DNA from: Bacteroidales bacterium
Lineage (GTDB): Bacteria; Bacteroidota; Bacteroidia; Bacteroidales; VadinHA17
NCBI GenBank assembly: GCA_041303415.1
Contig: JBFYPG010000006.1
Coordinates: 29,688 to 93,687, forward strand
Length of the DNA stretch: 64,000 nucleotides
Direction of reading: 5' to 3'
Below are positions 31,714-40,214 of this stretch, piece after piece. The notes beneath the pieces were generated by a model, which did no database searches, was not told the DNA's origin, and worked only from the letters and a program-made list of their open reading frames with translations. A program made the translations under genes and the position numbers. How positions within the stretch are numbered: the first letter of the stretch is position 1; every line of letters begins with the position of its first letter.

Positions 31714-32116
31714 ACGCCATCGCATACAGCTTCATCTGCCTTACCATCGCAAGCAAACCGTTGGAGCGTGTTGGCGAGAGGTTTTGCCTCAGCCCGATCT
31801 TTTCGATGAAATAGAGTTCGGCCGAGATGATCTCATCAGGCGTCCTGCCTGAAAAGACTTTGATCAGGAGTGAAACTATTCCTTTTGTGATTATGGCATC
31901 GCTGTCAGCTGTAAAACTTATCACGTTCCCGTTGAATTCAGGATAAAGCCATACTTTCGACTGGCACCCCTCTATCAGGTAATCCTTAACCTTGAATCTG
32001 GGATCGATAGCGGGAAGATCTTTCCCGAAATCTATCAGCAGGTTGTATTTGTCCATCCAGTCATCAAAAACCGAAAACTCCTCAATTATTGCCTCCTGAA
32101 CCTCATTAACCGACAT
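31667..32116 (-). CDS. sufE: SufE family sulfur acceptor protein
   Basis: 149 aa with the GCQSKVWL active-site Cys motif. The last 13 or so residues (ATGDRQQATGRKA) are the heptad repeat read in frame. Confidence 0.85.
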   Translation of the reverse strand: MSVNEVQEAIIEEFSVFDDWMDKYNLLIDFGKDLPAIDPRFKVKDYLIEGCQSKVWLYPEFNGNVISFTADSDAIITKGIVSLLIKVFSGRTPDEIISAELYFIEKIGLRQNLSPTRSNGLLAMVRQMKLYAMAYKATGDRQQATGRKA

Positions 32117-32122
32117 CTGAAT

Positions 32123-33343
32123 CTATTTTGAAAACATTGTTATCACCTTCTCAATTCCTGTGCCAAGCATATCAATCTCCTCGTTTGTGTTATAGAAGCA
32201 CATCGATGCTCTTACCGTACCCTCAATACCGAATCTTTCCATCACAGGCTGAGCGCAGTGGGTACCGGTCCGGACTGCAATACCCATTTTATCAAGTATC
32301 ATCCCGGCATCGTACTGGTGCACGCCCTTTATAAGGAAGGATATTATTGAGATCTTATTTTCGGAATTTCCATATATCATAACATCGCCGATTGACGAAA
32401 GCCGCGATGTTGCGTGGGAAAGAAGCTCCTTTTCACGGCTCCCTATATAATCAAAGCCGATCGTTTTTACATAGTCAATGGCGGCTCCCAGTCCAATGGC
32501 CCCTGCAAAGTTGGTTGTTCCGGCTTCAAATTTGAATGGCAGTTCGTTATATGTTGTCTTTTCAAAAGTGACATTTGCTACCATGTCGCCTCCTCCCTGG
32601 CAGGGCGGCAGCTCTGACAGCCATTGAGTTTTTCCGTAGAGAATTCCTATACCTGTCGGCCCGTAAATCTTGTGTCCCGAAAATACGTAGAAGTCACAAT
32701 CCATTTCTGTAACATCAACTCTGCCGTGCTGAATGCCCTGGGCTCCGTCGATCAGGACGGGAATATTTTTTGAATGTGCTGCTTCAATGATTTCCTTAAC
32801 CGGAAGGATAGTGCCGAGGGCATTTGAAACCTGGGATACTGCTACGATCCTGGTCTTCGGGTTTATCAGTTTCAGGTATTCTTCCAGTATGATCTCACCA
32901 TTGTCAAAAATTGGTATCACTCTCAGAATTGCGCCTTTGCGTTCGCACATCATCTGCCAGGGGATTATATTGGCATGATGCTCAAGGCAGCTTATGATAA
33001 CTTCATCACCGCTCTTAATAAAACGTTCTCCGAAAGAAAATGCTATAGTATTTATTGAACCCGTTGTGCCGGATGTGAATATCACTTCTTCCCTGCTGCC
33101 GGCATTTATAAAAGAGCGTACTTTTTCTCTTGCATTTTCATATTCCTCTGAAGCCCTGTCGCTCAGCGCATGAACACCGCGGTGAATATTTGCATTGTAT
33201 GTTGTATATACCTCATTTACAGCATCAATTACACATTGCGGTTTCTGGCTTGTTGCACCATTATCCAGATATACAAGCGGTTTCCCGTAAACAGTGGTCC
33301 CGAGCACCGGGAAATCAGCCCTTATTTCGTTGATGTTCTTCAA
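32123..33343 (-). CDS. sufS: cysteine desulfurase SufS
   Basis: 406 aa. PLP lysine in FSGHKIYGPTG and catalytic Cys in RTGTHCAQP. Confidence 0.95.
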   Translation of the reverse strand: MKNINEIRADFPVLGTTVYGKPLVYLDNGATSQKPQCVIDAVNEVYTTYNANIHRGVHALSDRASEEYENAREKVRSFINAGSREEVIFTSGTTGSINTIAFSFGERFIKSGDEVIISCLEHHANIIPWQMMCERKGAILRVIPIFDNGEIILEEYLKLINPKTRIVAVSQVSNALGTILPVKEIIEAAHSKNIPVLIDGAQGIQHGRVDVTEMDCDFYVFSGHKIYGPTGIGILYGKTQWLSELPPCQGGGDMVANVTFEKTTYNELPFKFEAGTTNFAGAIGLGAAIDYVKTIGFDYIGSREKELLSHATSRLSSIGDVMIYGNSENKISIISFLIKGVHQYDAGMILDKMGIAVRTGTHCAQPVMERFGIEGTVRASMCFYNTNEEIDMLGTGIEKVITMFSK

Positions 33344-33344
33344 G

Positions 33345-34712
33345 TCATTGTATATTACCGCATTTAACCATACAGCTTGCGCACCTTGACAGCTCGCCTT
33401 TAAGGCGCTGCATCACCAGGCCGTCCATCCTTTCCTGCAGGGCTTCCACCTTTATGTTCCTTATCACTTCATGTGCAAATCCGAACATCAGCATCAGCAG
33501 TGCTTCGCGCTTGCTGATGCCGCGCGACTGCATATAGAACAGTGCATCATCATTCAGCCTTCCGACAGTTGCGCCATGGCTGCATTTAACATCATCTGCA
33601 TAAATCTCCAGCTGAGGCTTAGTGTACATCTTCGCGTCATCAGTCAGGAGTATGTTGTTGTTCTTCTGGTATGCCGATGTCCCCTGTGCATCCTTGTGAA
33701 CATATATCCGTCCGTTAAAAGCGCCTGTTGCCATTTCATCGAGTACCCCCTTGAAAAGCTGGTTGCTTGAGCAGTTGGGAAATGCATGATCGACACTGAC
33801 ATAATTATCCACATGCTGCCATTTATCGGCAAGGTACAATCCGTATGAATTTGTTTCGGCACCCTCGCCTCCCAGGTAGTGGTGTGTGCTGTTGCGTACC
33901 AGTCCGCCGTGAAGCGTGATATTATTCGAACTTACACTGCTGTTTTTCTCCTGGTGAATAAACGTATGCGTTATCTTGCATGCATTGTTATGTTCATTCT
34001 GTACACGCATCAGGTCAAAATGAGCATTTTCTCCCACGTACACTTCAGTAACAGCGTTGGTCAGAAATTTCACGGGCGACAGAGCGTGGTCGCAGATTAT
34101 CATTGTGAAATCGGCATTATCCTCAACGATGATAAGGTTACGGTGCTGGTTGAACATATCTGTTTCCGATTCAACCAGGTTGACAACCTGAACCGGCCTT
34201 TTAAGCACTGCTCCTTTCGGAACATAAACAAAGACACCGTCGGAGGCCATCGCTGTATTCAGATGCACCAGCCCGTCGGAATTGCCATTGACATATTTTC
34301 CGTAATGCCTTTCAATCTTATCAGTGAACTTTTTTGCAGCTTCATTAAGACTACCGATCCATATCCCCCCCGGAAGCTCCCGGAGCCTCCCGTTGATTGT
34401 CGGGTAGAAACCATTAAGAAGCACAACTCCGTATGAATCAAGGTCAGCCACATCGCACCTGAACTCTTCTGCCTTTACAAAATCAGATGGTTCGGGGATG
34501 AAATAGCTTTTGTAATCATGGTTGAAGAAAGGATCAAGGTTCGTGTATTTATACGACTCATTTTTCCTTGTCGGGATGCCTGTTTCGCTGAACTTCGAAA
34601 TAGCATCCTTGCGAAAAGAATTGATGAACGGAGCTGAATGATCCGTTATTCTCTTTATGTTCTCCTCATAAAGCTTATAATAGCGTTCCGAGCTGTCCGG
34701 CAGGTTATTCAT
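33345..34712 (-). CDS. sufD: Fe-S cluster assembly protein SufD
   Basis: 455 aa. SufB/SufD beta-helix domain with the C-terminal motif KCSHGATVGRLNDDALFYMQSRGI. Confidence 0.9.
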   Translation of the reverse strand: MNNLPDSSERYYKLYEENIKRITDHSAPFINSFRKDAISKFSETGIPTRKNESYKYTNLDPFFNHDYKSYFIPEPSDFVKAEEFRCDVADLDSYGVVLLNGFYPTINGRLRELPGGIWIGSLNEAAKKFTDKIERHYGKYVNGNSDGLVHLNTAMASDGVFVYVPKGAVLKRPVQVVNLVESETDMFNQHRNLIIVEDNADFTMIICDHALSPVKFLTNAVTEVYVGENAHFDLMRVQNEHNNACKITHTFIHQEKNSSVSSNNITLHGGLVRNSTHHYLGGEGAETNSYGLYLADKWQHVDNYVSVDHAFPNCSSNQLFKGVLDEMATGAFNGRIYVHKDAQGTSAYQKNNNILLTDDAKMYTKPQLEIYADDVKCSHGATVGRLNDDALFYMQSRGISKREALLMLMFGFAHEVIRNIKVEALQERMDGLVMQRLKGELSRCASCMVKCGNIQ

Positions 34713-34717
34713 GCAAT

Positions 34718-35473
34718 TTATTTTTCCTCAACATGTTCCTTAATCCATTCATATCCTTTTTCTTCGAGTTCAAGAGCCAGCTCCTTACCTGCTGTTTTCA
34801 CGATCCGTCCGTCATACAGCACGTGCACCACATCGGGTACAATATAGTCAAGGAGCCTCTGATAATGAGTAATTACAATTGCTGCATTGTCGGGGCGCTT
34901 GAGTTGATTCACCCCGTTGGCCACGACCCTCAGGGCATCAATATCAAGACCCGAATCTGTTTCATCGAGTATTGCAAGCCTGGGTTCAAGCATAGCCATC
35001 TGGAATATCTCGTTTTTCTTCTTCTCACCGCCTGAAAAGCCTTCATTTACCGACCTGTTGGTCAGTCTTGTATCAATCTCCACGATATCCTTTTTTTCCC
35101 TCATCATCTTAAGGAATTCGGATGCTGAAAGAGGCTGAAGTCCTTTGTGCTTCCTGTGTTCATTTACGGCTGTCTTCATGAAGTTCACCATGCTCACTCC
35201 GGGAATTTCGATCGGATACTGGAATCCGAGAAAGATCCCCTCTTTTGACCGGTCCTCCGGAGCCATCTCAAGCAGGTTCTTCCCCATGTAGGTAACTGAT
35301 CCGTCGGTTACCGCGGCAAATTCCCTTCCTGCCAGTACCGCAGCGAGAGTGCTTTTGCCTGATCCGTTCGGTCCCATGATCGCATGTATCTCTCCTGCCC
35401 TGACCTCCAGGCTTATTCCCTTCAGTATGGACTTTCCGTTGATGGAAGCTTTTAAGTTGTTGATTATAAGCAT
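34718..35473 (-). CDS. sufC: Fe-S cluster assembly ATPase SufC
   Basis: 251 aa. Walker A GPNGSGKST, signature FSGGEKK, Walker B LAILDETDSGLD. Confidence 0.96.
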   Translation of the reverse strand: MLIINNLKASINGKSILKGISLEVRAGEIHAIMGPNGSGKSTLAAVLAGREFAAVTDGSVTYMGKNLLEMAPEDRSKEGIFLGFQYPIEIPGVSMVNFMKTAVNEHRKHKGLQPLSASEFLKMMREKKDIVEIDTRLTNRSVNEGFSGGEKKKNEIFQMAMLEPRLAILDETDSGLDIDALRVVANGVNQLKRPDNAAIVITHYQRLLDYIVPDVVHVLYDGRIVKTAGKELALELEEKGYEWIKEHVEEK

Positions 35474-35550
35474 TGTTACTGGTTGCTGGTTACTTGTTGC
35501 TGGTTGCTTGTTGCTTGTTGCCCTGAGCCCTGCGCCCCGAGCCTTGTTTA
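35474..35550 (-). repeat. eleven contiguous heptads that fill the sufB-sufC spacer exactly
   Basis: The minus strand reads TAAACAA GGCTCGG GGCGCAG GGCTCAG GGCAACA AGCAACA AGCAACC AGCAACA AGTAACC AGCAACC AGTAACA, then ATG (sufC). The first unit contains the sufB stop codon. Confidence 0.9.
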
Positions 35551-36996
35551 TCCTACACTTCCTTCAAGACTGATCTGAAGCAGCTTCTGTGCTTCAACTG
35601 CAAATTCCATCGGGAGCTTGTTTATCACTTCCCGTGCGTATCCGTTTACTATCAGGCCTATTGCATCCTCTGTTGAAATGCCTCTCTGGTTGCAGTAAAA
35701 GATCTGGTCCTCCCCGATCTTTGAAGTTGTCGCCTCGTGCTCAACAATGGCGCTCTGGTTGTCAACTTCAAGGTATGGGAATGTATGTGCCCCGCATTTA
35801 TCTCCCAGAAGAAGCGAATCGCACTGTGAAAAATTCCTCGCTCCGGTTGCATTCTTAAGGACCTTCACCAGTCCCCTGTAGCTGTTCTGCCCGAAACCCG
35901 CCGAAATACCCTTGGATACTATTGTGCTTTTCGTGTTCTTTCCGATATGGATCATCTTGGTGCCGGTATCGGCCTGCTGGTAGTTATTTGTAACGGCAAC
36001 AGAATAAAACTCCCCTGTTGAATTATCACCTTTGAGAATGCACGAAGGATATTTCCAGGTTATTGCAGAACCTGTTTCCACCTGAGTCCATGAGATCTTT
36101 GAGTTCTCGCCCCTGCACATTCCTCTTTTTGTAACAAAATTGAATATCCCTCCCCTGCCCTCCCTGTCGCCGGGATACCAGTTCTGGACCGTTGAATATT
36201 TCACCTCTGCATTATTTTCTGCAATGATCTCCACAATTGCGGCATGAAGCTGGTTTTCATCCCTCATCGGTGCGGTGCATCCTTCAAGGTAGCTGACATA
36301 GCTCTCCTCGTCAGCCACCAGCAGCGTACGTTCAAACTGACCGGTGTTTGCTGCATTTATCCTGAAATAGGTCGAAAGTTCCATGGGGCATCTGACTCCC
36401 TTTGGAATATAGCAGAAGGATCCGTCGCTGAAGACAGCCGAGTTAAGCGAGGCAAAAAAATTGTCGGTATACGGAACTACCGTTCCCATATATTTCTTTA
36501 CAAGATCAGGATACTCTTTAACCGCATCGCTGAATGAGCAGAAAATTATCCCTGATTCTGCAAGGGTCTGCCTGAAGGTTGTTTTTACCGATACTGAGTC
36601 CATTACAGCATCCACAGCCACGCCCGAAAGATGCTTCTGTTCCTCAAGCGGTATTCCCAGCTTGTCAAAAGTCTTTTTCAGCTCCGGATCTATCTCATCA
36701 AGGCTCAGGGGAGCTGCCTTTTTCTTTGGTGCTGAATAATAGATGATATCCTGGTAATTGATAGGAGGTATCTTCAGATTGGCCCACTCCGGCATTTTCA
36801 TTGTCTGCCAGTGGCGGAATGCTTTAAGGCGGAACTCAAGCAGCCAGTCGGGCTCACCTTTCTTCCCGGAAATGGTACGGACGATATCTTCATTAAGCCC
36901 TTTAGGTATCTGTTCTGCTTCAATGTCAGAATAGAATCCGTATTTGTACTCGCCAGAGGTTACATCAGTAATGATATTATCCTGATCTTTTGCCAT
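35548..36996 (-). CDS. sufB: Fe-S cluster assembly protein SufB
   Basis: 482 aa. Highly conserved SufB sequence (e.g. [37 protein letters not shown]). Confidence 0.97.
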   Translation of the reverse strand: MAKDQDNIITDVTSGEYKYGFYSDIEAEQIPKGLNEDIVRTISGKKGEPDWLLEFRLKAFRHWQTMKMPEWANLKIPPINYQDIIYYSAPKKKAAPLSLDEIDPELKKTFDKLGIPLEEQKHLSGVAVDAVMDSVSVKTTFRQTLAESGIIFCSFSDAVKEYPDLVKKYMGTVVPYTDNFFASLNSAVFSDGSFCYIPKGVRCPMELSTYFRINAANTGQFERTLLVADEESYVSYLEGCTAPMRDENQLHAAIVEIIAENNAEVKYSTVQNWYPGDREGRGGIFNFVTKRGMCRGENSKISWTQVETGSAITWKYPSCILKGDNSTGEFYSVAVTNNYQQADTGTKMIHIGKNTKSTIVSKGISAGFGQNSYRGLVKVLKNATGARNFSQCDSLLLGDKCGAHTFPYLEVDNQSAIVEHEATTSKIGEDQIFYCNQRGISTEDAIGLIVNGYAREVINKLPMEFAVEAQKLLQISLEGSVG

Positions 36997-37211
36997 TTGT
37001 CTTCCGTCAACTCATTCCTATACATATAACAACCGGAAAAACCGATTGTTAATTAGACTTAATCTAAATAAACATGCAAAAATATGAAATTACAAGGAAA
37101 CACTGAAGTGTAATAATGGAAAAAGAGCTTTAAAGATGATGCAAATCATACATAGTGCTGGATAACGGGAGTGAAAACATATTAATTTGGCATCCAAATT
37201 TTCCCGGTCCT

Positions 37212-38627
37212 ATGAATAATACAGTACTTTCCTCAATTGCGGCTTACAGTAAAAAGCTGTTATTCTTCTTCATTATTATAATGATCCCCGTATCTCTCTT
37301 TGCTTCAGGAAGCGAAGCCCCTTCCCTTGGGCCTGTAAGAGTTGAATTCCTTATTTTCGGACTGATCCTTCTTGGAGTGGCGCTTTTTCACAAACAGACA
37401 TTCCGGGTTGCTGTCATAGGGTTAACAATATTGCTTGCATTCAAATTCATTTTTGATCCGGCATTTCACCTGGGCGAACATATGTTTGGCACTACTTCTT
37501 TCGGAGAACAGCTTATGGATAAGGAGCTCCGCCAGGGCGAATGGGGAATCATCCTCAATCTCCTGGGGCTTCTGCTTGGATTTGCAGTGCTTTCAAAGAT
37601 ATTTGAGGAGTCCAGGGTCCCGGAAATACTGCCCAGGTATCTTCCTGACGACTGGAAAGGGCCATTTCTTCTCCTAATCTTTGTTTTTATCCTTTCTTCG
37701 TTTCTCGATAATATAGCAGCAGCTCTCATTGGCGGTACTATTGCTCTCGTCGTTTTTAAGAACAGAGTTCATATCGGTTACATCGCGGCGCTTGTTGCTG
37801 CAAGCAATGCAGGTGGAAGCGGAAGCGTGGTAGGCGACACAACCACAACCATGATGTGGATCGACGGCGTTGCGGCATTTAATGTCCTCCATGCCTATGT
37901 CGCAGCTGCTGTTGCTCTTCTGTTCTTTGCATGGTTTGCTGCTCATCAGCAGGATAAATTCCAAAGAATACAGAGCTCCACATCGCCCGACATTAAAATT
38001 GACTGGCTCAAGCTGATTCATGTCATACTTATTCTTGCAGGTGCAATAATTTCGAATATCCTTTATGATATGCCTGCACTTGGAGTATGGATCGGTATTG
38101 TTCTTGGTGTTTTTCTACGCCCGGTTCCGTGGAAAGAGGTTCCCGGAGCTCTTAAGGGTACTATTTTCCTTCTCTGCCTTGTAATGTGCGCTTCGATGAT
38201 GCCTGTTGAAGAGCTTCCGAATGCTTCATGGGTTACAGCATTTGCACTCGGATTCCTGTCAGCAGTATTTGACAATATCCCTCTCACTAAGCTGTGTCTC
38301 GACCAGGGTCATTATGACTGGGGCATGCTTGCATACACAGTCGGTTTCGGAGGATCAATGGTGTGGTTCGGATCTTCAGCCGGCGTAGCAATAACCAATA
38401 AATTCCCTGAGGGCAGGAATGTGGTTCAGTGGGTAAAAAACGGATGGCATGTAGCTGCTGCTTATGTAATTGGATTTTTTACGTTATATTTTATTTTGGG
38501 TTGGGAGCCCGCGGACAATAATGAACATAAAATCATAAACTGTCCGGTTCCCGGATGTCCGATGGCAGGGGAATCAGAGGCGTTGCAGGAAGTCGGGACA
38601 ATTTCATGGGTTGAGCTGGTGAAATAA
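37212..38627 (+). CDS. ArsB/NhaD-superfamily permease (NhaD-like antiporter / citrate-transporter-like), paralog 1
   Basis: Polytopic membrane protein. SNAGGSGSVVGDTTTTMMW resembles the NhaD SANAGGAFSPFGDITT motif. ATG at 37212 is preferred over the track GTG at 37155. Confidence 0.7.
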   Translation: MNNTVLSSIAAYSKKLLFFFIIIMIPVSLFASGSEAPSLGPVRVEFLIFGLILLGVALFHKQTFRVAVIGLTILLAFKFIFDPAFHLGEHMFGTTSFGEQLMDKELRQGEWGIILNLLGLLLGFAVLSKIFEESRVPEILPRYLPDDWKGPFLLLIFVFILSSFLDNIAAALIGGTIALVVFKNRVHIGYIAALVAASNAGGSGSVVGDTTTTMMWIDGVAAFNVLHAYVAAAVALLFFAWFAAHQQDKFQRIQSSTSPDIKIDWLKLIHVILILAGAIISNILYDMPALGVWIGIVLGVFLRPVPWKEVPGALKGTIFLLCLVMCASMMPVEELPNASWVTAFALGFLSAVFDNIPLTKLCLDQGHYDWGMLAYTVGFGGSMVWFGSSAGVAITNKFPEGRNVVQWVKNGWHVAAAYVIGFFTLYFILGWEPADNNEHKIINCPVPGCPMAGESEALQEVGTISWVELVK

Positions 38628-38690
38628 TTTTTCTAATGGATTTTTTATTTATTTTTGGGGCTGCTGAGTAAATCTGAAATCGACATCTTA

Positions 38691-40103
38691 ATGATTGACA
38701 ATAGCCTGATTTTTAGTAAAAGAGCCTTCAGAAAGTTTTTTTTATTCCTCCTGTTAATTCTGATTCCGGTTCTTTCGTTTGCCTCATCCGGTTCGGGAGA
38801 TGCACCCTCGCTGGGACCCGTAAGGATCGAGTTCATCATTTTTGGATTGATACTTCTTGGTGTAGCCCTGTTTCACAAGCAAACCTTCTGGGTTGCGCTG
38901 ACAGGGTTGACAGTACTTCTGATCTTCAAATTCATTTTTGATTCCGGGTTTCACCTGGGCGAACATATGTTCGGCTCAACCCCATTTGCTGAACAGCTCC
39001 TCGATAAGGAGATGCGGCAGGGAGAATGGGGTATCATTCTCAATCTTCTGGGTTTGCTCCTGGGATTTGCTGTTCTTTCAAAGATCTTTGAAGACTCACG
39101 GGTGCCTGACATTCTTCCGAGATACCTGCCTGATGACTGGAAAGGACCTTTCATGCTCCTGGTATTCGTTTTCATAATGTCGGCATTTCTTGACAACATC
39201 GCTGCTGCACTCATCGGCGGAACCATTGCTCTGGTTGTCTTTAACAAGAAAGTTCATATCGGTTACCTTGCGGCGATCGTGGCTGCAAGCAATGCAGGCG
39301 GATCCGGAAGTGTTGTCGGCGATACCACTACCACGATGATGTGGATCGATGGAGTAAGTGCCTTAAATGTTCTTCATGCTTATGTGGGGGCGATCTTCAC
39401 ATTTCTGTTCCTTGCCTGGTTCGCATCGCGTCAGCAGGACAAATACAGACGCATCAGACCGGATCCCTGCCAGGGCATTAAGATAGACTGGAAAAGAATT
39501 GTAGTCGTGGTGCTCATCCTTGTTGGGGCAATTGCATCCAACGTACTTTATGACATGCCTGCTCTCGGAGTATGGATTGCTATAGTCATCGGAACACTTA
39601 TAATAAAAGTACCATGGAAAGAGGTTCCCGGAGCTCTTAAAGGGACTATCTTTCTTCTCTGCCTTGTGATGTGTGCATCGATGATGCCGGTTGAAGAGCT
39701 TCCCGATGCTTCATGGGTAACAGCATTTGCGCTCGGGTTCCTTTCTTCAGTCTTTGATAATATCCCGCTTACAAAGCTTTGCCTTGAGCAGGGACATTAT
39801 GACTGGGGCATGCTGGCCTTCACGGTCGGTTTCGGGGGATCAATGGTGTGGTTTGGTTCATCGGCAGGGGTTGCACTCACCAATAAATTTCCTGAAGGAA
39901 GAAATGTTGTGGAATGGATAAAAAAGGGATGGCATGTGGCTGCAGCTTATGTCATAGGGTTCTTTGCCCTCCTTCTGATTATGGGATGGGAGCCTGCTGA
40001 TAACAAGAAACACAAGATCATCAACTGCCCTGTTCCGGGTTGCCCGATGGCAGGGAAAGCCGAAGCCGGGGAAGGGCATGTGAGTTACAACTACCGGCCA
40101 TAA
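38691..40103 (+). CDS. ArsB/NhaD-superfamily permease, paralog 2
   Basis: Collinear with paralog 1 over the full length, with roughly four of five residues identical by eye. ATG at 38691 is preferred over the track TTG at 38655. Confidence 0.7.
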   Translation: MIDNSLIFSKRAFRKFFLFLLLILIPVLSFASSGSGDAPSLGPVRIEFIIFGLILLGVALFHKQTFWVALTGLTVLLIFKFIFDSGFHLGEHMFGSTPFAEQLLDKEMRQGEWGIILNLLGLLLGFAVLSKIFEDSRVPDILPRYLPDDWKGPFMLLVFVFIMSAFLDNIAAALIGGTIALVVFNKKVHIGYLAAIVAASNAGGSGSVVGDTTTTMMWIDGVSALNVLHAYVGAIFTFLFLAWFASRQQDKYRRIRPDPCQGIKIDWKRIVVVVLILVGAIASNVLYDMPALGVWIAIVIGTLIIKVPWKEVPGALKGTIFLLCLVMCASMMPVEELPDASWVTAFALGFLSSVFDNIPLTKLCLEQGHYDWGMLAFTVGFGGSMVWFGSSAGVALTNKFPEGRNVVEWIKKGWHVAAAYVIGFFALLLIMGWEPADNKKHKIINCPVPGCPMAGKAEAGEGHVSYNYRP

Positions 40104-40214
40104 CCCACAAATAAGCCCCATTTATCAGTCTTTTAGGTTATTTGGTCAAAATCTTCTTGACCATTATTAAACTTTTAAGTATCTTTTCTCTTTTATGCAA
40201 TTAAAGCCTGCCGT

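Noticed and set aside
31515-31852. Track ORFs 31515..31814 and 31577..31852 (also 35349..35573 and 50827..51033) spanning intergenic repeats.
   Set aside because: Their sequences are simply the heptad, octad or hairpin repeats read in frame (e.g. PPPTPPRSG.., LLVAGCLLLVA.., FLPPGHQGTKLHK). They overlap well-supported genes on the other strand.
36997-37211. A regulatory hairpin or riboswitch in the sufB / permease divergent spacer (ACAACCGG-AAAAA-CCGATTGT at about 37030-37050).
   Set aside because: It is only a 7-of-8-bp stem with no similarity to a riboswitch class I can recognise and no flanking conserved motif. That is too weak to report.
37155-38690. The longer track starts for the two permease paralogs (GTG 37155, TTG 38655).
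   Set aside because: Downstream in-frame ATG codons (37212, 38691) give N-termini that align with each other and begin right before the hydrophobic signal-like segment. The upstream extensions are not conserved between the paralogs.
40143-40163. A terminator after permease paralog 2 (TGGTCAA-N7-TTGACCA).
   Set aside because: The 7-bp stem is AT-rich and followed by only a weak T-rich tract. It is plausible but not strong enough to list as a feature.
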